Positions 37,200-45,195 of a stretch of DNA of 64,000 nt are shown piece by piece (the stretch's first letter is position 1; each line of letters begins with the position of its first letter). Under the pieces are notes generated by a model that worked only from the letters and a program-made list of their open reading frames with translations, had not been told where the DNA came from and ran no database searches. Source of the DNA: an uncultured Bacilli bacterium (lineage in GTDB: Bacteria; Bacillota_I; Bacilli_A; RFN20; CAG-449); assembly GCA_947595215.1 (NCBI GenBank), contig CANQEO010000004.1:5493-69492 (forward strand), in the 5' to 3' direction. Position numbers and translations under genes: made by a program.

Positions 37200-38204
37200 T
37201 TAATTTGCAAATACTGGATAAACAACATGAGTCAAAATTAAATATGTAACGTAACCGATATATAAGACAACTAATACTCCTCCTTCAATCTTTCCAAGCT
37301 TGCTTGATGTCAATGAGAAAATATATACTAAAATACAAATTGCTAATAAAATAATAATATCAACAATAACACTTAATGAAACTTCTAATCCTGTTCCCAT
37401 TGCTCCTGTGATTGTCGCAGATGCACCTAAAATTAATAGTATATTGAAAATATTAGAACCGATTGCATTACCTAAAGCAATATCATTTTCGCCTTTTCGA
37501 GCCGCGACTATTGAAGTAACAAGTTCTGGTAATGAAGTTCCAACCGAAACAATAGTAAGAGCCACTAAAGCTTCATCCATTCCAAATGCCAAAGCAATTT
37601 CTGAAGCGGTAGTTGTGACACATTCACCACCAAACCAAATTGCTACAATACCAAAGAGAATGAATATAACAGATTTTAAAATACTCATTTCTTTTTTATT
37701 GTTACCTTCATTTTCAATATCTTCTTCCAGTTCTGTATGCTCTTTTTTTGCCATCTTAATTTGCATTAAAACATAGCAGATAAGAATAACTAAAAGAATT
37801 ATTCCGGTTATTAATCCAATTTTTTGTGGTGTGATAAATAGCGAAACAATCAAGACTATAGAGGTAATAACTAATAGTAATGGAAACTCAAATTTAAGCA
37901 TTGATTTTTTTACTGCGATTGGCATCATTACAGCTGACATACCAAGAACCATTAAAGTATTAAAGATATTTGATCCGATAACATTACCAACTGACATATC
38001 AGCTTTTCCAGCCACTGCGGAAACTATACTAACAGATAGTTCTGGTAATGAAGTTCCAATTGAGACGATAGTTAAACCAATTATTAGCGAAGAGATTTTT
38101 AATCTGCGCGCTACCGAAGAAGAACCATCAACAAATTTATCAGCTCCAACAATAAGAAGAACCATTCCGATAATCAAAAATAAAAAGTTTAAAAATAAAC
38201 GCAT
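37200..38204 (-). CDS. Ca2+/Na+ antiporter (CaCA family, YrbG-like)
   Basis: Two alpha-repeats (GTSLPELSVS..GNVIGSNIFN and GTSLPELVTS..GNAIGSNIFN) separated by an acidic loop. Confidence 0.88.
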   Translation of the reverse strand: MRLFLNFLFLIIGMVLLIVGADKFVDGSSSVARRLKISSLIIGLTIVSIGTSLPELSVSIVSAVAGKADMSVGNVIGSNIFNTLMVLGMSAVMMPIAVKKSMLKFEFPLLLVITSIVLIVSLFITPQKIGLITGIILLVILICYVLMQIKMAKKEHTELEEDIENEGNNKKEMSILKSVIFILFGIVAIWFGGECVTTTASEIALAFGMDEALVALTIVSVGTSLPELVTSIVAARKGENDIALGNAIGSNIFNILLILGASATITGAMGTGLEVSLSVIVDIIILLAICILVYIFSLTSSKLGKIEGGVLVVLYIGYVTYLILTHVVYPVFAN

Positions 38205-38397
38205 ACTACTACCTCATTTCTGCGACTTAATCATTATACATTTATAGTTGGTTTTAGCAAAGGACTTAGTATTTAATTCTCATTTTTATTTTCTTTTACG
38301 ATGAAATTAAATATTAACATTCAGTTTTGGTTTTAAATTTCTTATAACTTATTCATCATTTTGTTCACTTTTGAATAATATAAGAAGAGGTGATTTT

Positions 38398-39684
38398 ATG
38401 TTCTTTCATTTTGTAAAAAAAGGCGATTCATTATATAAGTTATCTAAATATTATGGAGTTAGTATTAAACAACTCGTAGATGATAACGATTTAAGTTCGC
38501 CAAAAGATTTAGCGGTTGGCCAATGTCTTATCATTCGTTTAAAAAATCATTCATATCGTCCTAAAAGAGGTGAGACAATACAAGATATCGCAAATAAAAA
38601 TTTTATTTCAATTAATAAGTTGTTAAATGATAATCCATCATTAAGTAACGTTAAAACATTTAATGGAGACGAAAAAGTTCTAATAGATTATGATTTAGAT
38701 GAAAAATTTAATTTAAGAGTTAATGGATACTGCTACACTGATATTAAAGAAAAACCTTTGACTGATGCGTTAGATTCGTTAACATATCTTTCGATCTTTT
38801 CATATCGAGTCAATAGCGATGGTAGTTTAAACTCAATTACTGATGAAAAATTGATTGACCAAGCTTTAAAATACAATGTAGCCCCACTCATGGTAATTAC
38901 AAATACAAAAGCAAATGGTGGGTTCGATAGTGATTTAGTTTCAAAACTTTTATCATCTAATGACTCTCAAGAAAAACTTTTATCATCAATTGAAAAAACT
39001 TTAAAAGATAAAAACTATTATGGACTTAATATTGACTTTGAATATGTAAATCCTAAAGACAAAGATAACTTTAGAATTTTTGTGAATCGTGTTAAGAATA
39101 GAATAAAGCCTAATAATTACGATTTATCTATTGCTTTAGCACCAAAAATTAAAAGCGATCAAAAAGGAGTTTTATATGAGGCTCATGATTATGAAGCTCT
39201 AGGTCGCCTTGTTGATCGTGTCATTATTATGACTTATGAATGGGGTTATACTTATGGTCCTGCGATGGCAGTTGCACCTTTAGATAAAGTACGTCAAGTT
39301 ATTGAGTACGCAAAAACAGTGATTGAATCAAGAAAAATTTATATGGGTATTCCTAATTACGGATACGATTTCACATTACCTTACGATAAGACAAAAGCGG
39401 CAAAATCAATCGGTAATAAAGAGGCTGTGGAACTGGCAATCAAAGAAGGAGCAGAAATCAAATTCGATGATGTCAGCGAAACACCATATTTCAATTACAA
39501 AAAAGATAATGTCATGCATAATGTCCACTTTGAAGATCCTTGTTCTTTAAGTAGAAAATTAAATTACGCAATTGATAGTGGTATCGGTGGTGTCAGCATT
39601 TGGACCATAAATCGATACTATAAACCTCTTTATCTTTTACTAGATTATTACTTTGAAGATGAAAAAGTTATCGATAATGACTAA
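38398..39684 (+). CDS. sleL: Spore cortex-lytic N-acetylglucosaminidase-like protein (2x LysM + GH18; YaaH/SleL-like)
   Basis: Two LysM repeats (HFVKKGDSLYKLSKYYGV..., YRPKRGETIQDIANKNFI...) followed by GH18 with GLNIDFEY. The ATG at 38398 follows GAGGTG. Confidence 0.75.
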   Translation: MFFHFVKKGDSLYKLSKYYGVSIKQLVDDNDLSSPKDLAVGQCLIIRLKNHSYRPKRGETIQDIANKNFISINKLLNDNPSLSNVKTFNGDEKVLIDYDLDEKFNLRVNGYCYTDIKEKPLTDALDSLTYLSIFSYRVNSDGSLNSITDEKLIDQALKYNVAPLMVITNTKANGGFDSDLVSKLLSSNDSQEKLLSSIEKTLKDKNYYGLNIDFEYVNPKDKDNFRIFVNRVKNRIKPNNYDLSIALAPKIKSDQKGVLYEAHDYEALGRLVDRVIIMTYEWGYTYGPAMAVAPLDKVRQVIEYAKTVIESRKIYMGIPNYGYDFTLPYDKTKAAKSIGNKEAVELAIKEGAEIKFDDVSETPYFNYKKDNVMHNVHFEDPCSLSRKLNYAIDSGIGGVSIWTINRYYKPLYLLLDYYFEDEKVIDND

Positions 39685-39756
39685 CTCTATCGATATTAAT
39701 TTCATATATTAAAAGTTAAATAAAAGTTAAAAAATATTTAATTTAATTTTAAATAA

Positions 39757-39785
39757 TTGTAATTAAATAGGCTCAATAATATAAT
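39757..39785 (+). promoter_or_regulatory. SigA-type promoter of tRNA-Thr
   Basis: TTGTAA, 17 nt spacer, TATAAT, ending 11 nt before the tRNA 5' end. Confidence 0.6.
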
Positions 39786-39796
39786 GATTAATGCTT

Positions 39797-39870
39797 GCCA
39801 GCTTAGTTCATTGGTAGAATAAATCACTCGTAATGATTAGAGACAAGTTCGATTCTTGTAGCTGGCACCA
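39797..39870 (+). tRNA. tRNA-Thr (anticodon CGU), CCA encoded
   Basis: Hand-folded cloverleaf. Acceptor GCCAGCT/AGCTGGC and D arm GTTC-ATTGGTA-GAAT. Anticodon arm AATCA-CTCGTAA-TGATT, giving anticodon CGT. T arm ACAAG-TTCGATT-CTTGT, discriminator A, then CCA. Total 74 nt. Confidence 0.9.
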
Positions 39871-39879
39871 TTATCATAT

Positions 39880-39901
39880 GCCCATTTGAGAGGGCTTTTT
39901 T
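39880..39901 (+). terminator. Weak terminator after tRNA-Thr
   Basis: GCCC-N8-GGGC followed by TTTTTT. The stem is only 4 bp. Confidence 0.4.
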
Positions 39902-39912
39902 ATTTTAATAAA

Positions 39913-40356
39913 CTATTTTTTTAGTATATCTTCAATTCCTTTAAATCCCTCTTCGCTCATATTTTCTTTAGCAAAGTTTAATAGTAAATCAAAAGTATTA
40001 TTAACTCTGATATCAAAGTCGTAAAGTTTTTTTATTTCAATTGCAATAACACCATATTTATCGATATCTTCTTGAAGATAATACTCTAGCATATCTTTAG
40101 GATTAGCTTCTTCGTTCTCTAAATAACCAAGGGCTATTTTATTATAGTTTTTATACAATTCTTCAAAAGAAGAAAACACTTTTAAATCGATAATTTTAAC
40201 TTTCAATTCATTTTGATTTTTAATATTTTTAAAGATAATTACATCATTGATATTTAACAATCTTCTCTTTTCATCATAAAGACGCATCTCGACTGTTTTT
40301 TGTTCATTATCTATTAATGTATAAGCATTTGAAGAGAGATTCATAAAATGTTTCAT
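39913..40356 (-). CDS. ASCH-domain protein
   Basis: N-terminal beta-barrel pattern (KTVEMRLYDEKRRLLNINDVIIF...VKIIDLKVFSSFEEL) typical of ASCH/PUA-like domains. The ATG at 40356 lies 6 nt after GAGGTG; the track start (GTG) is at 40365. Confidence 0.6.
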   Translation of the reverse strand: MKHFMNLSSNAYTLIDNEQKTVEMRLYDEKRRLLNINDVIIFKNIKNQNELKVKIIDLKVFSSFEELYKNYNKIALGYLENEEANPKDMLEYYLQEDIDKYGVIAIEIKKLYDFDIRVNNTFDLLLNFAKENMSEEGFKGIEDILKK

Positions 40357-40518
40357 TATTGTCACCTCAAATTTATTTTAACATAAATAACTATCAAAAA
40401 TATATCATCATAATAGATCTAAGATGGCTATTTACAATCTTTAAGAAAATAACAAAGAAAATCTCCAAATATTATATATTTTCTTTTTTTTAATATATAC
40501 ACAACATATAATTACAAG

Positions 40519-40647
40519 TATCAGAGTAGTTAAGAAGCGTTAAGTGCTATGCGATGGGAAGTGGCGCATAGACGAACACATATGTGGCGGTTTCTTAACG
40601 CGTCCGCTGGTACAAGAGCGGACCTCTAGTATAAGGAGGTCTTTTTT
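40519..40647 (+). promoter_or_regulatory. THF (tetrahydrofolate) riboswitch, aptamer 40519-40612, plus terminator / SD-sequestering expression platform
   Basis: Matches the THF-I conserved blocks: AGAGUAG ... GCGUUAAGUG ... AUGGGA ... ACGAA ... GGCGGU ... CGCGUCCGCUGG. P1 is UAUCAG/CUGGUA. The downstream hairpin GACCTC-N9-GAGGTC plus TTTTTT contains the SD. The gene below it is an ECF folate S-component. Confidence 0.85.
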
Positions 40648-41187
40648 ATGAAGAAAAAAATCGATGTTAGAACTCTCACAACATCATCGGTTTTAACTGC
40701 TCTTTCTGTTGTCTTATATTTTTTGAGCGTTAGAACTGATGACATTGCCATTACTATTTATGGCTTTCCTCTACTTTTAGCAGGAATTATCTTCGGTCCT
40801 ATTGTCGGTGGTTTAAGCGGCCTTGCTACAGGAATCATCACCCAATTACTACAGTATGGATTAAGTCCATCGATGCCTGTGTGGTTACTTGCGCCATTAT
40901 GTTGGGGTCTTGTAAGTGGTTTAATAAGCTATATGCTTAAATATCGCATTTCAATTAAAACATTAATTCTAAATTGTTTGATAACTAGTATCATATGTTT
41001 TTTATTTAATACTTTGGCGATTAAATTAGATGGAATCATTATTGGTTATCCGGTTTATTTTGTTTATGCGAAAATTATTTTGCGTTTAATAAATGCTATA
41101 CTTTTATCTTTTATTTATAGTTTCATCTTAAGTGATATAGCCCCTCGTGTAGCGATTATACGACAAAAGCAATCTCTAAAAAAATAG
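40648..41187 (+). CDS. folT: ECF transporter S component, folate family
   Basis: 179-aa, 6-TM protein directly controlled by the THF riboswitch. Confidence 0.75.
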   Translation: MKKKIDVRTLTTSSVLTALSVVLYFLSVRTDDIAITIYGFPLLLAGIIFGPIVGGLSGLATGIITQLLQYGLSPSMPVWLLAPLCWGLVSGLISYMLKYRISIKTLILNCLITSIICFLFNTLAIKLDGIIIGYPVYFVYAKIILRLINAILLSFIYSFILSDIAPRVAIIRQKQSLKK

Positions 41188-41362
41188 TTGTGAATTAAAT
41201 GAAAGAAATTTAAACCAATTTAGTTGTTTGAAATATTTATATTCATTTTCCTATAATATCAAAGAAACAATCGTGGATATATTCACCTATAGTCACAGTA
41301 CAAATTTGTTTATACTTTACCTATTTTATGTGCTATAATTTTTTTGAGGTGATATTTTCAAT

Positions 41363-42184
41363 ATGCCGCAAAAACCGATATTAGCAATTTTATACGACTT
41401 TGATAAAACATTATGTAGTGATGATATGCAGAATTTTTCTTTCATTCCTTCATTAGGAATGACACCCGCAGAATTTTGGGGTAGAACTGGAGAATTCTCA
41501 AAAAAAACTAACATGGAACGTATATTATCGTATATGTACATGATGATTGAAACCGCCAAAGAAAAGAATGTTAAACTTACTCGTGAATACTTAAACTCCC
41601 TTGGTAAAGATTTAAAATATTTTGAAGGAGTTACCACCTGGTTTAAAAGAATTAACGAATATGCCGAAGAGCGCGGTATTATTGTCGAACACTATATCGT
41701 TTCTTCGGGTACTAAGGAAATTATCGATGGTTCAATTATCGCTAAAGACTTTACTCGCATCTATGGTTGCGAATTCTTATATGATGAAAATGGCGTGGCT
41801 TGTTGGCCTCGCATAGCGATTAACTACACTGCGAAGACACAATACTTATTTAGAATCTCTAAAGGTGTTTTAGATGAATCTGACGATGATAAAGTTAATC
41901 AACGTGTCGATAAAAGAATCCCTATCAGCAATATTGTATATATAGGTGATGGTCTTACCGATGTTCCGTGCATGACTCTGGTGAAAGAAAAAGGTGGTCG
42001 TTCAATCGCTCTTTACGGTAAAGGAAAAAAAGAAAAAGTTCTTCCTCTAGTTCAAGAAGAACGTGTCAATTATATTTGTAAAGCCGATTATCGAAAAGAT
42101 AGCCGTCTTGAACAAATTATGAAATTAATTATCGAGTCAATTTCTATTTCTAGTAAGCTCCTCGCTGAGGAAGATACAATTTAG
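41363..42184 (+). CDS. HAD-superfamily hydrolase
   Basis: Motif I ILYDFDKTLC (DxDxT) and motif IV YIGDGLTDVPCM. TATAAT and GAGGTG lie upstream. Confidence 0.7.
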   Translation: MPQKPILAILYDFDKTLCSDDMQNFSFIPSLGMTPAEFWGRTGEFSKKTNMERILSYMYMMIETAKEKNVKLTREYLNSLGKDLKYFEGVTTWFKRINEYAEERGIIVEHYIVSSGTKEIIDGSIIAKDFTRIYGCEFLYDENGVACWPRIAINYTAKTQYLFRISKGVLDESDDDKVNQRVDKRIPISNIVYIGDGLTDVPCMTLVKEKGGRSIALYGKGKKEKVLPLVQEERVNYICKADYRKDSRLEQIMKLIIESISISSKLLAEEDTI

Positions 42185-42319
42185 ATACAAAATAAAAAAT
42201 ATCGATCTTTGAATAAATTCTACGTTTTTCAGCTTTTTCATTTCAATATGCTACAAGGAGAAATACTTTAAATTTCAAAGTTTCTCTCATAAATATATGG
42301 TTTTTATATGTTAAAAAGT

Positions 42320-43288
42320 TCATTTAGTCAAACTTTCGATAAAGTCTAGCACCTTATTTTTATATTGCACTTCATCGACTAATGCGCTTTGAGCATGAGT
42401 TGCATTAGCCACAATCAACAAATTCTTACTAGAATTACAACAAGCGTAATTTTCTGTCGTAAAGATAGTTGGAACAAAATAGTCTTTATCGCCATGAATA
42501 AATAATATCGGTTTAATAGCGCGCTCAAGATGTTTTTTAGTATCTTCTTCATGTAGTTCATATCCGCAGAATCGCTTACTAAGAATATTTGTAATTTTTA
42601 ACATTAAACTACTAGGTAATCTAATCATAGTCTTTATGATGTGTTTAAACTGCTCATAAACCGATGTATAACCACAATCAGCAATAATTCCTTTTACTTC
42701 TTCACATTGATAATCACTTAAAAGTAAAGCAGTATTAGCCCCCATTGAAACACCATGAATAATAATCTTTTTATCAGGAAAATTTTCTTTTAAGTATTCT
42801 AACCATTTCTTTACATCTCGGTAATCTAAAGTGCCAAAGCCGATATGAGTTCCCTCACTTTTTCCGTGACTACGATGATCAACTGCAAATAAATCAAAAT
42901 TGGTATCTTTATAAATATTATAAAAAAGTGAAAGGTCGCTTAATCCCGAACTCCGATATCCATGTAGTAATAATATTAAAATATCACTATTACCTTTAAT
43001 ATGATAACCACATAAATCTAATTTATCATCATAGCTTCTGATATGATGTTCGCTTAAAGTCGGATTAGAAAGTAACGCTTGTTTAGCCTCTTTCAGTTTA
43101 TCTAGAAAACACGACCAATCATCAGGAAGCAAATTATTACTATGTTTACGCTTAAAGGTACTCTTATAAAGAACAAATATAATCGTAGCAAAAAATATTA
43201 GCGATAATATTAATAAAACTACGACGATAATTAATAACCAATTGTACCATTCCATATTACTTGGTACCAAAGATACGATCACCAGCAT
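42320..43288 (-). CDS. Membrane-anchored alpha/beta-fold hydrolase
   Basis: N-terminal TM helix, HG oxyanion motif LLLHGYRS, nucleophile elbow GVSMGA, and a C-terminal GDKD...H. An alternative start lies at 43255. Confidence 0.7.
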   Translation of the reverse strand: MLVIVSLVPSNMEWYNWLLIIVVVLLILSLIFFATIIFVLYKSTFKRKHSNNLLPDDWSCFLDKLKEAKQALLSNPTLSEHHIRSYDDKLDLCGYHIKGNSDILILLLHGYRSSGLSDLSLFYNIYKDTNFDLFAVDHRSHGKSEGTHIGFGTLDYRDVKKWLEYLKENFPDKKIIIHGVSMGANTALLLSDYQCEEVKGIIADCGYTSVYEQFKHIIKTMIRLPSSLMLKITNILSKRFCGYELHEEDTKKHLERAIKPILFIHGDKDYFVPTIFTTENYACCNSSKNLLIVANATHAQSALVDEVQYKNKVLDFIESLTK

Positions 43289-43883
43289 CTCCTAAGCCTG
43301 GTAATATGTAACCATTTTCATCAAGTTTTTCATCTAAAGTCGCTAAATAGATAGGAACTTCCGGAAAAGCTTCTTCAACTGCTTTTACTCCGCTTGGAGC
43401 ACCTACTAAACACATTAATCTTACATCATTGTATCCACGGCTTTTAACCGCTTGAATTGCAGCAATTGCACTTCCTCCGGTTGCGAGCATTGGATCGACA
43501 ACCACAACTAAAGGATTTTCTACTTTTGGTAATTTAAAATAATATTCAATCGGTTTTAAAGTCTTTTCATCACGATACATCCCTATATGACCGATTCTCG
43601 CAGTTGGAATCATATTTTTAATTCCATCACACATTCCAATACCGGCACGTAAAATCGGAGCTAAGATAATTTTATAATCTAATCTTATACGTGGTAATGT
43701 GACACCTGTAGGAGTTTTAATATTATCTTTTTCATTATGAGTTTTTAAATCTTTAAATACTTCAAAGCACATTAAGGAAGCTATCTCATCAAGATTTTCT
43801 CTAAACTCTTTACTCTTAGTCGTTTGATCGCGCATGATATTAAGCTTTACCTCTATTAAAGGGTGTTTTACAATTGTTAGCAT
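43257..43883 (-). CDS. upp: Uracil phosphoribosyltransferase
   Basis: 208 aa with the PRPP loop VVVVDPMLATGGS and the C-terminal YILPGLGDAGDRIFGTK. Confidence 0.93.
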   Translation of the reverse strand: MLTIVKHPLIEVKLNIMRDQTTKSKEFRENLDEIASLMCFEVFKDLKTHNEKDNIKTPTGVTLPRIRLDYKIILAPILRAGIGMCDGIKNMIPTARIGHIGMYRDEKTLKPIEYYFKLPKVENPLVVVVDPMLATGGSAIAAIQAVKSRGYNDVRLMCLVGAPSGVKAVEEAFPEVPIYLATLDEKLDENGYILPGLGDAGDRIFGTK

Positions 43884-44072
43884 CGTTAACTCCTTCTTTA
43901 TTAATGTTGTCTTTAATAAATATTTTTTCGAATATATTCTAACAAATTTAAAAAATTAAATAAATAGGTGTTTAAGTTATATTAACTATATCTTAAAAAT
44001 CTTTTTCATTTTTTGTCCTTCGACTTTATTGTTTAAACATTCAAAATAGTATTTTATTTTTCTAATTTTAAA

Positions 44073-44096
44073 AGGGATCAAATTCTGACCCCTTTA
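44073..44096 (-). terminator. Terminator after the response-regulator gene
   Basis: On the minus strand: GGGGTCA-GAATT-TGATCCC (one mismatch) followed by TTTT. Confidence 0.5.
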
Positions 44097-44106
44097 TATC
44101 TTTAAG

Positions 44107-44748
44107 TTACTTTAGTTTTGATAAATTGATCGGTCTACGACAGCAATATCCTTTTCCATATCTTGTTTCAATGATATTTGGATCTGGTAATTTACGTCGT
44201 AATGATTTTATGTGCATATCAACGGTTCTTGTTTCATAAGCAGAACCTACTCCCCAGATACCATTTAAGATATCTTTACGAGTTGCATAATCTTTAGCAG
44301 AAGCAATAATTTTAAGTATTTGAAATTCTTTATTAGTAAGCTTGATAGTTTGATTATTATAAATCACTTCATTTTCTCTTACCAGAAAAGTAAATGGTCC
44401 ATGTTTTTCACTCCAACAATCACGAGTAATTTCAGTAATAGACACTAAAAATTTACTATAATTTATCGGTTTAGTAATGCATGGTATATTATCGCGTTGT
44501 TCTCTACCTAGCAATAAAAGGAATTCTTTTGAGACTATAGTACATGCTTCTTTGATTACTTCATCAAGATGGTCTTTAGTAAAATCACTATCGATAACTA
44601 TTACATCAGCTTTGCTATGTACAAGTCGTTCGGTAAAATCAATCATCCTACTAATAGTGATAACTTCATAACCATTAAGTTTTAGAATTTTTTTCGCCGC
44701 ATTATTAATTCGGCGGTCATCTTCAATCAAACATATTGTGAGTTTCAT
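44107..44748 (-). CDS. Orphan OmpR/PhoB-type response regulator (receiver + winged-helix), atypical receiver
   Basis: Receiver features EDD and VIVIDSD (acceptor Asp) and KP; the position of the usual Thr/Ser reads LLLLG. C-terminal trans_reg_C motif (RTVDMHIKSLRRKL, IETRYGKGY). The ATG at 44748 lies 7 nt after AGGAG; the track start is 44790. No histidine kinase gene is in the window. Confidence 0.75.
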   Translation of the reverse strand: MKLTICLIEDDRRINNAAKKILKLNGYEVITISRMIDFTERLVHSKADVIVIDSDFTKDHLDEVIKEACTIVSKEFLLLLGREQRDNIPCITKPINYSKFLVSITEITRDCWSEKHGPFTFLVRENEVIYNNQTIKLTNKEFQILKIIASAKDYATRKDILNGIWGVGSAYETRTVDMHIKSLRRKLPDPNIIETRYGKGYCCRRPINLSKLK

Positions 44749-44855
44749 GGGACGACTCCTAATTCTAGAATGCCAATGACATATTGCCAAACACTCTATA
44801 TATTATTTTATCTCATTATCTTATAAATACAATAAAATTGAATAAGAAAATCTTT

Positions 44856-44898
44856 TGGTTAAACTATCTATTGCAATTGAAATTCAAATAATAGCAAT
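44856..44898. promoter_or_regulatory. 43-nt conserved box, copy A (upstream of the response-regulator gene)
   Basis: TGGTTAAACTATCTATTGCAATTGAAATTCAAATAATAGCAAT. It matches copy B at 49794..49836 in 39 of 43 positions. It contains TTGCAAT/TAGCAAT half-sites about 21 bp apart. A plausible TTGTAT-16-TAAAAT promoter follows on the minus strand. Confidence 0.55.
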
Positions 44899-45195
44899 AT
44901 AAAAATTCTTACAAAATATGTTAACGTATTAATTCAAAAAATATAATATTGAATGCAAGCCTAAATAAATAATGTTACATCTTCCTAAATGTTTTTAGAT
45001 TTTCTTTTGCTTTAATATTTGTTTATCAGCAAGTCTCAATTTATCTTTTTAACAATATATCAAAGCACTTTAAAAATACACTTGATAAAATTTACAAGAT
45101 TGAAGAAAACTATATTGGTTTATATCAATCGTTATACTTTTACAAGAGCGCTAAATATTCAACACTTTTATCGCAAATTTGCAAATATGTATCTT

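Noticed and set aside
37300-38247. Two plus-strand ORFs (158 aa and 138 aa)
   Set aside because: They are antisense shadows of the CaCA antiporter gene, which has both alpha-repeat signatures.
41326-41637. 103-aa minus-strand ORF
   Set aside because: It overlaps the promoter and 5' end of the HAD hydrolase gene on the opposite strand. It has no SD and no recognisable features.
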